A DNA stretch of 64,000 bases from Pseudodesulfovibrio sp. (GCA_036584335.1 JAZHDH010000023.1:17857-81856), one strand, 5' to 3'. Counted from the stretch's first letter, positions 8,673 through 17,776 are shown. Translations and numbers: made by a program. The notes: a model not told the origin generated them from the letters alone.

Positions 8673-11351
8673 ATGAGCAAGAGAACCGTCGTCACCAGCT
8701 GCACCCGCGATTGCCCCAACACCTGCGGCCTCGTCGCCACCGTGGAGGACGGGCGCCTGGTCAGGCTCGTCGGCGACCCGGACCACCCCCTGACCCGGGG
8801 CACGGCCTGCCACAAGACCGCCAAGTATGTGCGGCGGGTGTACAGCCCGGAGCGCGTCACCGTGCCCATGATCCGCAAAAGCGGCGAGTGGGAGCAGGCG
8901 ACCTGGGACGAGGCCCTGGACCTTGTCGCGCGGACCATGCAGCGGATCAAGGCCGAGTCCGGACCCGAGGCCGTACTCTACTACCAGGGCTACGGCGAAC
9001 GCACCGCCCTGAAGCTGCTCAACAAGTATTTCTTCAATCTCTTCGGCGGGGTCACGACCATGCGCGGCTCGCTGTGCGGCGGGGCGGGGCAGGGAGCCCA
9101 GAACCTCGATTTCGGCGAGCGCGTGTCCCACGATCCGCTGGACCACCTGAATGCGAACTCCATCGTCCTGTGGGCGCGCAACCCCGTCTCCACCAACATC
9201 TCGCTGGTGCCGATCATCCGCGAGGTGAAGAAGCGGGGGGGCAAGATCCTGATAGTGGATCCGGCCCACAGCCGGTCCGTGGCCCTGGCCGACCACCACA
9301 TCAAACCCAGGCCGGGCGGGGACGGCTACCTGGCCATGGCCGCGGCCAAGCTCATCCTGGCCGCCGGTGCCGAGGACCGCGCCTTCATCGAAAAGAACAG
9401 TGTGGGCTTTGATGACTACCGGGCCATCCTGGATCGCTACACCGTGGAGGAACTGTGCGTTTTGGCCGGGGTGCCGACCACGGACTGCCTGATCCTGGCC
9501 AATCTGTTCATGGAGCACGGACCCACGGCCACCTTGCTCGGCTGGGGGCTGCATCGCTACGAATACGCCCACCACATGATCCGGCCCATTGACGCCCTCG
9601 GGGCCATCAGCGGCAACATCGGCGTGTCCGGCGGCGGGGTCAGCCAGGGGTTCGAGGAATACGGCCCCTACGATCAGCAGTGGTGGGGCGACCACCTGCA
9701 TCCGGACCACCGGACCCTGCTTATCCCCCGGGTGGGCGAGGAAATCCTGAACGCACGGAACCCGGAAATCCGCATGATCTTCGTCACGGCGGGCAACCCG
9801 CTGTGCATGGCTCCCAATTCCGCGCGCATCGACGAAGCCTTCCGCAAGATGGAGCTGGTGGTCTATTCCGGCCATTTCATGGACGACACCGCCGATCTGG
9901 CCGACGTTTTCCTGCCCGCCACCACCTTTCTGGAGGAGGATGACATCGTGGCCGGGTACGGTCACAACTACGTCGGTCCGGTGAACAGGGCCATTGAGCC
10001 CTTGGGCCAGTGCCGGTCGGAATTCTGGATGTTCCAGGAACTGGCCCGGCGGTTCCCCTTCGCCGACGAGTACCGTCGTTCCGTGGACGAGTGGCTCGAG
10101 ACCATCTGCACACCCATATGGGAGCAGGGCGGGGACCTCGAATCCCTGCGCAAGGGCGCGTTTCGGCTGGACGCCCCCATGGTTCCCTATGCGGACGGCG
10201 TGTACAAAACCTTGAGCGGGAAGTTCCAGTTCATGACCGAATTCACCCCGGTCGAGCGCAGCGTGGACGCCCGCTATCCTTATAAATTCCTGACTGTTGC
10301 TCCTCACGGCACCATTTGTTCCGAGCGGACTGCCGCCGAGCACGAGCCGCTGCCGGTCATCCGGCTCAACGCGGGCGAGGCCGACAAGCGGGGCGTGGCG
10401 GACGGCGAGGTCGTCCTGCTGGCCAGCCCGGTGGGCCAGGTCCGGGCTCGGCTCAAGGCGGTGCCGGACCAGCGCGCCGACGTGGTGGTGGCCGACCGAG
10501 GCGGCTGGACCAAGTCCGGCCACGGACTGAACCTGCTGACCCTGGACCTGGCGAGCAAGGTGGGCAACGGTACGCCGTTCTACGAGACGCCGGTCACGGT
10601 GCTGCCCGCAGGAGAGGCCGGGGCGCGCATCCTGGTGGTTCAGAACACCGACCGCGCCCCCGGCGGGAACTTCTGCAAGGAGCTGGAGCGGCGCGGGGCT
10701 ACGCTGGATGTGGTCATGCCCGTGAACGGCGACCCCGTGCCTGCGTCCCCGGACGGCTACGACGGCCTGGTCGTGCTCGGCGGGCCGCAGCACGCCTTCG
10801 ACGACGAGGCCAATCCGTTCTTTGCGCCGCTGCTGCAACTGATGCGCGACTTCGACACGGCGGGCAGGCCCGTGGCGGGCATCTGCCTGGGCTGCCAGCT
10901 CCTGGCCCGGGCGCACGGGGCCAGGGCCTGGCACATGGCGGCCCTGGAGTTCGGCTATGTGGAGCACGAACTGACAGCGGCCGGACGCAGGGACCCGGTC
11001 TTTGCGGGGCTGGACCGGATGCCCGGGCTGATGGAGTTTCACGAGGACTCCTTCGACCTGCCCGATGGCGCCGATCTGCTTGTCCGGGGCGGGGATTGCG
11101 TTCACCAGTGCTTCCGCGCCGGGAACCGGTCCTACGGCTTCCAGTTCCACCTGGAGGCGGATTCGACCATAGTGGACAACTGGATCGATATTTTCCGGGA
11201 GGGCGAGATCGACGCCTATGCGGGATATCGCGACCGGTACGACGACGCCTTTTTCCGTTCGATGTACGCCCGGCTGCCGCTTCTGGCCGAGAGGTCGGAG
11301 ATGTTCTGCCGCGCCGTGGCCGCCAACTGGCTCGGCCTGGCCCGACGCTGA
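8673..11351 (+). CDS. Molybdopterin (bis-MGD family) oxidoreductase fused to a C-terminal class I glutamine amidotransferase domain
   Basis: N-terminal CTRDCPNTC..C Fe-S motif, TWDEALD, DTADLADVFLPA and a molydop-binding domain; then GLVVLGGP, GICLGCQL, FQFHLE (Cys-His-Glu triad) in one open frame. Confidence 0.88.
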   Translation: MSKRTVVTSCTRDCPNTCGLVATVEDGRLVRLVGDPDHPLTRGTACHKTAKYVRRVYSPERVTVPMIRKSGEWEQATWDEALDLVARTMQRIKAESGPEAVLYYQGYGERTALKLLNKYFFNLFGGVTTMRGSLCGGAGQGAQNLDFGERVSHDPLDHLNANSIVLWARNPVSTNISLVPIIREVKKRGGKILIVDPAHSRSVALADHHIKPRPGGDGYLAMAAAKLILAAGAEDRAFIEKNSVGFDDYRAILDRYTVEELCVLAGVPTTDCLILANLFMEHGPTATLLGWGLHRYEYAHHMIRPIDALGAISGNIGVSGGGVSQGFEEYGPYDQQWWGDHLHPDHRTLLIPRVGEEILNARNPEIRMIFVTAGNPLCMAPNSARIDEAFRKMELVVYSGHFMDDTADLADVFLPATTFLEEDDIVAGYGHNYVGPVNRAIEPLGQCRSEFWMFQELARRFPFADEYRRSVDEWLETICTPIWEQGGDLESLRKGAFRLDAPMVPYADGVYKTLSGKFQFMTEFTPVERSVDARYPYKFLTVAPHGTICSERTAAEHEPLPVIRLNAGEADKRGVADGEVVLLASPVGQVRARLKAVPDQRADVVVADRGGWTKSGHGLNLLTLDLASKVGNGTPFYETPVTVLPAGEAGARILVVQNTDRAPGGNFCKELERRGATLDVVMPVNGDPVPASPDGYDGLVVLGGPQHAFDDEANPFFAPLLQLMRDFDTAGRPVAGICLGCQLLARAHGARAWHMAALEFGYVEHELTAAGRRDPVFAGLDRMPGLMEFHEDSFDLPDGADLLVRGGDCVHQCFRAGNRSYGFQFHLEADSTIVDNWIDIFREGEIDAYAGYRDRYDDAFFRSMYARLPLLAERSEMFCRAVAANWLGLARR

Positions 11352-11528
11352 TCTGTCGCGGCAATCCTTCCATTGCGGATCTTGCGGCGCGGATTGCCTG
11401 CGGTCTCCGGGCGCTTGCGCCTCTTGCCTCCCGGCGTCCGCGTGGTATAGGTAATACGAGCCGGTACCGATATTGCAGCATCGGCAGACGGCCTTTTGCC
11501 GTCAATACATTGAACCCGGCGTGGTGCC

Positions 11529-12515
11529 ATGATCGACTTCTGGGTGCAGTTGGACTATCTGCGCGATGTGCAGCGCAACTTCGGGACCGTGGGCGGGCGG
11601 CTCGACGTGTTGAGCGTGTTCACCAAGATTCTGTCTTTTGTCGTGCCCGTGGTTGCGGTCATCGCCGCCTGGGTTTACCGCCATGTGTTCATTTTCGCCT
11701 TTCTGCGGTTCTTCGCCCGCGTCTTCGCCCCGCGCAGCGGGCGGATCGTGGAGAACTACCTGGTGACCAAGGCCGTGATGCTCGAAATCTACCTGTATTC
11801 GGGGGCGGGCGACGGGCGCAAGCTGGCCAATGCGCGGATCACGGAGGTGGTGGGCGGCAGGATGCGGCTCCAACTCGTGGCGGTCAGCCCCACCGGGCTC
11901 AAGCTCAAGAATCAGCGCGTGGTCTGCTATTGCAAGCCGTTCACCTATTCGGGCAGGCGTATCAACGCCTTCTTCACCCTGGTCGGCGGCGTGGTCAAGC
12001 GTGGTTCCACCATCAAGGAAATGACCCTGCTGACCCCGATCAGCTACAAGTTCGTCATCCGGCGCAAGCATTCGCGCCAGCGGGCCACGGAGGGGACCAT
12101 CCGCGTCAAGGCGTGGGACGGCCGCAAGCGCAAGAATTTCTGGATGAGTCGGCCGGACCTTCAGACCATCAACGATCCGGCCCGCTACGGCGACAAGATG
12201 CGCCTGTCGGTGGAGAACATCTCGGCGGGAGGGATGCGCCTTTTCATCGTCAATCCGCGCGGGCAGCTACCGCCGCTCTCCCAGGGAAACCAACTGGTGA
12301 TGCGGGTCAGCGTCTGGAATCCGAAGACGAAGAAATTTTCCTATTTCAATGTGATAGGGGTTATCCGCAGCCGGTTCAAAGGCAAGGGCGGGTCCATCGG
12401 GCTCGGCATCCAGTTCACGGCCCACGGCGACAAGGTGGGCAATCAATACATGTGGGAGAGCCTGCAGGGCGAGCTCAAGCCCCTGGCGCAGTTCCTTTCG
12501 GCCTTCGAGGACTAG
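11529..12515 (+). CDS. Membrane-anchored protein with PilZ-like C-terminal domain
   Basis: N-terminal TM helix; RRKHSR and NISAGG resemble PilZ RxxxR and (D/N)xSxxG motifs. Confidence 0.65.
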   Translation: MIDFWVQLDYLRDVQRNFGTVGGRLDVLSVFTKILSFVVPVVAVIAAWVYRHVFIFAFLRFFARVFAPRSGRIVENYLVTKAVMLEIYLYSGAGDGRKLANARITEVVGGRMRLQLVAVSPTGLKLKNQRVVCYCKPFTYSGRRINAFFTLVGGVVKRGSTIKEMTLLTPISYKFVIRRKHSRQRATEGTIRVKAWDGRKRKNFWMSRPDLQTINDPARYGDKMRLSVENISAGGMRLFIVNPRGQLPPLSQGNQLVMRVSVWNPKTKKFSYFNVIGVIRSRFKGKGGSIGLGIQFTAHGDKVGNQYMWESLQGELKPLAQFLSAFED

Positions 12516-12949
12516 GGCTTCTGCTTTCGGCAGTCCGGGCAGATGCCGTACAGGTACATCTTGTGCCGCAGCAGGGTGAAGCCCTGCTCCTTGGCCAGCT
12601 GTTCCTGGCGCTTTTCGATGGTTTCGTCGAGGATTTCGATGTTCCTGCCGCACCGTTCGCAGATGAGGTGGTCGTGGTGTTCCTCGCCGTAGCTCAGTTC
12701 ATAGCGGGTCAGGCCGTCGGCGAAGTCCAGGGGTTCGACCAGCCCGGATTCGCTGAGCAGCTTGAGGGTGCGGTAGACCGTGGCCTGGCCGATGGATTTA
12801 TCCCGTTTCTTGACCTTGGCGTAGAGTTCTTCCGACGAGAGGTGCTCGCCCTGTTTGAGGAGCGTGTCGAGGATGAGTCGCCGTTGGGGGGTCATCTTGA
12901 GATTCTTGTCGCTTAAGTAGCTGGCGAAGACTTCTTGTACGGATTTCAT
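12512..12949 (-). CDS. fur: Fur-family transcriptional regulator
   Basis: MTPQRRLIL, ATVYRTLKLL, HHDHLICERC, C-terminal CPDC; start set at MKSVQ. Confidence 0.9.
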   Translation of the reverse strand: MKSVQEVFASYLSDKNLKMTPQRRLILDTLLKQGEHLSSEELYAKVKKRDKSIGQATVYRTLKLLSESGLVEPLDFADGLTRYELSYGEEHHDHLICERCGRNIEILDETIEKRQEQLAKEQGFTLLRHKMYLYGICPDCRKQKP

Positions 12950-13084
12950 AGCGTTGCCGGTCGTTTTCGTGTGTATTAGGGTAGTTTCCTCATACGGGAA
13001 CCCCGGGTTCATGTCAAACAGAAGAACCGTTTTGGGGGATAACCCGGTTCGTTTCGTCCGGGCGGGGCCTGTTTCCCATTCGTC

Positions 13085-13113
13085 TTGACATCCCGGTGCT
13101 TGATTTCTACAAC
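13085..13113 (+). promoter_or_regulatory. Sigma70-type promoter of tRNA-Ser
   Basis: TTGACA-17 bp-TACAAC, about 40 bp upstream of the tRNA. Confidence 0.6.
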
Positions 13114-13155
13114 CGTTTACCTTGCTGGCGTGCCCGCCCGGTCACGCAATCCCCC

Positions 13156-13247
13156 GGAGAGGTGGCAGAGCTCGGTTTAATGCGCTGGTCTTGAAAACCA
13201 GAGGCGGGGCAACCCGTCCGGGGGTTCGAATCCCTCCCTCTCCGCCA
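13156..13247 (+). tRNA. tRNA-Ser(TGA)
   Basis: GGAGAGG/CCTCTCC acceptor stem, CTGGT-CTTGAAA-ACCAG anticodon arm, long variable arm, GGTTCGAATCC, 3' GCCA. Confidence 0.97.
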
Positions 13248-13297
13248 ATTTTTATTTGAGATTACAGCGTGTTACGCTATTTTTGATTGGCTACGGC

Positions 13298-13317
13298 GTT
13301 GTGGGAATGTTGTGGGA
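13298..13317. repeat. Tandem direct repeat GTTGTGGGA x2 (integrase arm-type site-like)
   Basis: Copies at 13298-13306 and 13309-13317, about 50 bp past the tRNA 3' end. Confidence 0.55.
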
Positions 13318-13323
13318 GATTCC

Positions 13324-13515
13324 CTAGCCGTTGTGTGCTTGCCTCATGTCGATAAGCTTGCCGGACTTTTGAGCCTGCCGGACGATCTTAGCCATCGCGT
13401 GCGCATGAGCGGCGGGCGTTCCCTGATATATATAGCCCCGCATGCCGATTCCGCAAGAGTGCCAGTCTAGAACGGCATATTTCCCGTTCACCGAGGCCTT
13501 GCCTGAATCCGGCAA
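13324..13515 (-). pseudogene. Short ORF, possibly the C-terminal remnant of an integrase pointing toward tRNA-Ser
   Basis: Position and orientation are typical of island integrases; ends ..AMAKIVRQAQKSGKLIDMRQAHNG; no catalytic motifs visible. Confidence 0.25.
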
Positions 13516-13573
13516 GGCGAGTGACGGGAGCTCATCAAAGTAGCTTCGGCTTTATGAGGCAATGGCCGAGAGT

Positions 13574-16500
13574 CTATTTGGGCGGATCTACCAAGCCGCT
13601 GCCAGTTTCGGAAAAGATATAGGCCCCGCCGGGAATGTGGAATCCGGTGCCTATAAGGACTGGAACAAGGCTCGGAGTCGTGTTGCCGGTGCCGAGCTGT
13701 CCGTAGGTGTTGTCACCCCAGGCCCAGAGGGAACCGTCCGTCTTGAGGCCGAGGGTGTGCCAGGGACCGGGGGCCACGAGAACGTAGTGCTCGCCGATTC
13801 GGGTGGGGGTTGTGCGGTCGGTCTGGCCGCCGTCGCCCAGTTGGCTTTCGCCGTTTTCACCCCAGGCCCAGAGAGAGCCATCCGCCTTGATGCCGAAGGA
13901 GTTCGACGGCCCTGCCGCTACGGAAGTATAGTCGTAGCCAATGCATTTCGGAGTCTTCCTGTCGCTCTTTGTTCCGTCGCCCAGCTGTCCGTTGTCGTTG
14001 CGCCCCCAACTCCAGAGGGAGCCATTCTCCTTGAGGGCCAGCGTGTGGTACGTCCCGGCCGCAATGGCGGCGTAGCCTGAGGTGATTTGTTTGGGAACGG
14101 GGCTCCCCGTCGTGGTGCCGTCTCCGAAGACGCCGTAGCTGTTTTGCCCCCATGCCCAAAGCGTGCCGTTGCTTTTGAGGGCCAGCGTATGGGTCGTGCT
14201 TGTCGCCAGGTCGCGGAAGTCCGAACCGATCAGTTTGGGCGACTCGCAATAGTCCGTGGTCCCATCCCCGACCTGGCCGACGGAATTGTTGCCCCAGGCC
14301 CGGACGGTGCCGTCCGAGAGGAGGGCGAACCAGGTCTCGCCACCGTCGTATACGGCTATGATGGTCGCAGTGGATCCCGAATCCAACGGAATGGGGGAGC
14401 TCGCCCAATAGGTATTGAGGCCGTGGGCATAATGCCCCCACCAGTGGATGTAGCCCATGCGAATGCCAAGCGAATGGACCAGCATGCCGGATACGGCGTC
14501 CATCGCGGTCGTTATCTGAAGCGGGGAGTTGCGTTGCGTGAGGGTGCCGTCTCCGAGCTGCTGGCTGTCGTTTCGACCCCAAGCCCACAAGGTGTCGTCG
14601 TCCTTGATGGCCAGTGAATGGTAGGTGCCCGCGGCTATGGTGTGGCGGTAATAGCTTATTGGTTTTGCCGATGGGCTGTCCAGCAGCAAGGCCAGAACCG
14701 GGGCCAAGTTGATCTTTGCGCTTGGGTCCACGGTGATGGGAGTGGTGCCGGTCTGGAACGGACCGACTTCCACGCGCAGCGTCGATGCCCCGGCGGCAAC
14801 CGGCATCGGGACCGTGAATGTGACGGCGTATCGTCCGTTGCCCATGGCTGTTATGGTGGCGTTGATTTTGATGCCGCCAATGTATACGGAGACCTGCCCG
14901 GTAGTGAGGTCTTCCGAGGAAGTCAGGTAGATCGTTGTCGGTCTGTCCTGGACAAATTGCGCCCCGGAGCTGTCTATTTGCGCGTCGACGGCCTCCAGGA
15001 ACTTTATGGCGTCCACGGCCACCGGCAGCCCGCCGATATCCGCGTTGGAGCCGGATGCGCCCAGGGCGACGCCCACATACCCGGCTGTGTCGAAGTCGAA
15101 GGCCTCGGCACCGTCCTCGGCAATCAGCTGGACCCATTGATTGCTGTAGGCCGACTGGTTCACGGGACGCGAGTACATGGGAGTCGCTCCCGACCCGGGT
15201 ACGATTTTATACCGCACCGGGATGTCGGGCAGGGTCGAGGAACCGGAGGCGGGGGCGACATGCTTCGCCGCTGGGATGAAGGCATAGAGCCGGAACCGGC
15301 CCGCGCGCCGGGGTGTCCAGCGGGCAAAGCCCGCAGCACCGCCCTTAAGGTGCAGGGCGGTGCGGAAGTATCCGGGAGTCGTGGGAAAGTCGGCCGCCTC
15401 CGTATCTCCTTCCATGGTTGCCTTGCTGACTTCGAAAAGCGATTCGCTGTTTGGCGATTGGTCGTTGTCGATGATGAGCGAGTTGTCCGCAGGCAGCACC
15501 GTGAATAATACCGGATTTCTCAGGCGTAGCGTGGAGCCGGATGTGTCGAGCAGGGCGGTGCGCAGCTGATAGTCCCCCTCGGGATAACGTTGGCTGCCTC
15601 GCAGAGTGTATCCTTCACCAACGGTGACGTCGCTGGAGCCGGGATGGGCATTGTAGCTTTCCCCGTCGCCCCAGCTGCGAACCGCCCACTTGAGGTCGGG
15701 ATCGGATACGTCCTGTCCGTCAAGGGTCTTGGCCAGGATGCCGATGCTGTAGAAATTTTGCTGCACCCGTCGCGCCATGGAAACGGAGTAGGCGAGTGAC
15801 TCCCCGGCATTGCCGTAGACGACCGGGGTGCCCGCGTCGCCTACCACGCGTTCCACGTCCAGGGGGAATTGGTGAAGATCGATGAAATCCGACGGGTCGA
15901 GCAAGTGGTCCTTGCGCATGTTGGCGAACGCTTTTTTTACCTGATCGGCGGTCATGTCGTTCAGTTCCATGCCGATCTCGTCGGTGTAGTAGCCCCACTT
16001 GTTGGCGTGCGCATAGCTGAAGGGGCCGTCCCGCAACTCGAAATGCAGGTGCGTGGGGACGTTGGTCATGGTCTCGCCCTCTTCGAGCCCCTCCACGGAG
16101 TAGCCTGCGGCGACGCGGGCGATCATATCCCCCTTGCGCACTATGTCGCCAACCACCAACCGTTGGTGGTCCTTGATGAGAAAATCGGATTTGCCTGAAA
16201 CCAGCGCCCCATTCGTCTTGCCGACCGATGTGACATGCAGATAGACGCTGTATACCGTTCGTCCGTTCTGAAGCCCGTGTCTGAGGACGACTCGCCAGCC
16301 TCCCTTGACGTAGCCGGTGGAATAGGTGGGCTCCAATGCCTCGATCGTACCGTCCGCCACGGCGAAGACCGGCTTCCCGCAGTCCTGGTTGCCGCTGCCG
16401 TAATTCCAGTCTTCACCTGGGTGGAGCCCGAAGGTGTAGTCTATATTCAAGAAGTTCCCCACGTCGCTGACGTTGTGCCAGATGGAGCCGGTACCGCCCC

Positions 16501-16702
16501 GCGAAGTGTCCGCACTCCCGTTCGGATGTTCGTAGAGGTAAATGTCGTTTGTCTCGGGGGTGACGCCTTCGGCGCAGTCGTAGCCGTTGCCTAGAGGCCC
16601 CGCATCCACCGGGTAGCGGAAACCTGTCGGGGCGGCCTGCGCGGCCGTGAGTGGGGAAAGGCAGAGCATCAGTAAGCAGATGGGGAAGAATCGGCGGAGC
16701 AT
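13574..16702 (-). CDS. Secreted multidomain protein: M23 peptidase, Golvesin-like domain, Ig-like domain, RCC1 beta-propeller repeats
   Basis: Signal peptide (..AAQA); M23 motifs HPGED and HLHFE; IIDND..ARWTP..VDAIKF; about 7 repeats of GxLWAWGxNxxGQLGDG. Confidence 0.85.
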   Translation of the reverse strand: MLRRFFPICLLMLCLSPLTAAQAAPTGFRYPVDAGPLGNGYDCAEGVTPETNDIYLYEHPNGSADTSRGGTGSIWHNVSDVGNFLNIDYTFGLHPGEDWNYGSGNQDCGKPVFAVADGTIEALEPTYSTGYVKGGWRVVLRHGLQNGRTVYSVYLHVTSVGKTNGALVSGKSDFLIKDHQRLVVGDIVRKGDMIARVAAGYSVEGLEEGETMTNVPTHLHFELRDGPFSYAHANKWGYYTDEIGMELNDMTADQVKKAFANMRKDHLLDPSDFIDLHQFPLDVERVVGDAGTPVVYGNAGESLAYSVSMARRVQQNFYSIGILAKTLDGQDVSDPDLKWAVRSWGDGESYNAHPGSSDVTVGEGYTLRGSQRYPEGDYQLRTALLDTSGSTLRLRNPVLFTVLPADNSLIIDNDQSPNSESLFEVSKATMEGDTEAADFPTTPGYFRTALHLKGGAAGFARWTPRRAGRFRLYAFIPAAKHVAPASGSSTLPDIPVRYKIVPGSGATPMYSRPVNQSAYSNQWVQLIAEDGAEAFDFDTAGYVGVALGASGSNADIGGLPVAVDAIKFLEAVDAQIDSSGAQFVQDRPTTIYLTSSEDLTTGQVSVYIGGIKINATITAMGNGRYAVTFTVPMPVAAGASTLRVEVGPFQTGTTPITVDPSAKINLAPVLALLLDSPSAKPISYYRHTIAAGTYHSLAIKDDDTLWAWGRNDSQQLGDGTLTQRNSPLQITTAMDAVSGMLVHSLGIRMGYIHWWGHYAHGLNTYWASSPIPLDSGSTATIIAVYDGGETWFALLSDGTVRAWGNNSVGQVGDGTTDYCESPKLIGSDFRDLATSTTHTLALKSNGTLWAWGQNSYGVFGDGTTTGSPVPKQITSGYAAIAAGTYHTLALKENGSLWSWGRNDNGQLGDGTKSDRKTPKCIGYDYTSVAAGPSNSFGIKADGSLWAWGENGESQLGDGGQTDRTTPTRIGEHYVLVAPGPWHTLGLKTDGSLWAWGDNTYGQLGTGNTTPSLVPVLIGTGFHIPGGAYIFSETGSGLVDPPK

Positions 16703-16995
16703 GTGGCGTCTCGTGTAGGTTGTGTTGGCCGAGAGTCAGGCTGGGGACAAGCGCTCAGGAAGGCGGCATCTCAGTGTTAACCGCAACTAAAGACAACTTT
16801 ATAAAAAAAGGAAGGCGCGTCAATGAGAAAAGCATAGTGAACCAATTGGAACTAATTGCTTTTCATTGAGAAGCAAGGTCTGAACCGGCGAGGTTTCATT
16901 CCCTGCATATCTGCGCACCTCAGTAGGTAGGCCGTGGTGCGCAGCGCTTGGGCGTTTGGCTTTATCTGCGGCATAACCGGGTGTGATACAGGTAG

Positions 16996-17023
16996 CCCCG
17001 CCTTCCCTGCGGAAGGCGGGGGT
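16996..17023. terminator. GC-rich hairpin (terminator or REP-like)
   Basis: CCCCGCCTTCC-ctgc-GGAAGGCGGGG downstream of the minus-strand 90-aa gene. Confidence 0.55.
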
Positions 17024-17049
17024 CCTGTCGTGGCGTTATTTCCCGGCCG

Positions 17050-17322
17050 TCAGATGCTCTTGTTCACCAGGGAGCCCGTTGCATAGGCCCCCAAGACGTC
17101 TTTCTGGAAGTCGTAACTCTGGTCCATGCCGGTCGAATCGCCGAACGAGGACCCTGAGTTCATGTAGTCGAGTGTTTTCGAGACGAGCGCACCCTCGGCG
17201 GACTCCTTGTCCACCGGGGCGAAGCCCGAGCCTCCGCCACTGTTGTTCATGATGTCCAGGGTCTCGGATACCACGGCTGCGCCAAAGGTCTGGTCTCCGA
17301 GACCACCGATTGCCATGGTCAT
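17050..17322 (-). CDS. Small hypothetical protein with internal repeat
   Basis: Repeated GAxVSxTLDxMN motif; GGAGG RBS upstream. Confidence 0.7.
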   Translation of the reverse strand: MTMAIGGLGDQTFGAAVVSETLDIMNNSGGGSGFAPVDKESAEGALVSKTLDYMNSGSSFGDSTGMDQSYDFQKDVLGAYATGSLVNKSI

Positions 17323-17583
17323 AGTCTACCCTCCCGTCGTCGGGTCGGAAATAACGCCTTGTCCATCCTGTTTGCGAAGATGGAAATTCCTTGTCCCGTG
17401 CGTTGGCGGGGCGGGCCAGCCCCCGGACATGCGGCTCCTTTTAAAGGTAAAAATACGGCCTTATCCGACATATCGGCAAAATCCTCGATATCTTTAGGGG
17501 CGGTCTGAACGATTAATGGAAAGGCGCTGCCGTATCATTCTCAGGAGATGACAGCAGGGCCGCAGCGGTGCTAGGGTATCACC

Positions 17584-17679
17584 ATGCAGGAATTCGTTCA
17601 TCTCGCCGTCGCCGTGGCCGCAGGTGTGGCCGCAGGCGGCCTCCTGGCCTGGAAGTTCCGGGACAGGTGCGCGCCGTGA
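17584..17679 (+). CDS. Possible 31-aa single-TM small protein (MQEFVHLAVAVAAGVAAGGLLAWKFRDRCAP)
   Basis: ATG-to-TGA ORF with a hydrophobic helix and basic tail; weak RBS. Confidence 0.35.
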   Translation: MQEFVHLAVAVAAGVAAGGLLAWKFRDRCAP

Positions 17680-17776
17680 CTGTTCATGTATGCGGGTATC
17701 GGCGCGGGTTTCGTCGTATATGCTGGTTTGAAGTGGTTCTTCGGATAAACGGTCTTTCAACAAGGCGGTGGTCTTC

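Noticed and set aside
13574-14640. Periodic DNA repeats suggesting a CRISPR or tandem array
   Set aside because: They are the coding RCC1 repeats. There are no identical repeats with unique spacers and no cas genes.
16892-16916. Possible degenerate attR copy of the tRNA-Ser 3' end (GGTTTCATTCCCTGCATATCTGC)
   Set aside because: Only 16 of 25 positions match by manual alignment, too weak to distinguish from chance.
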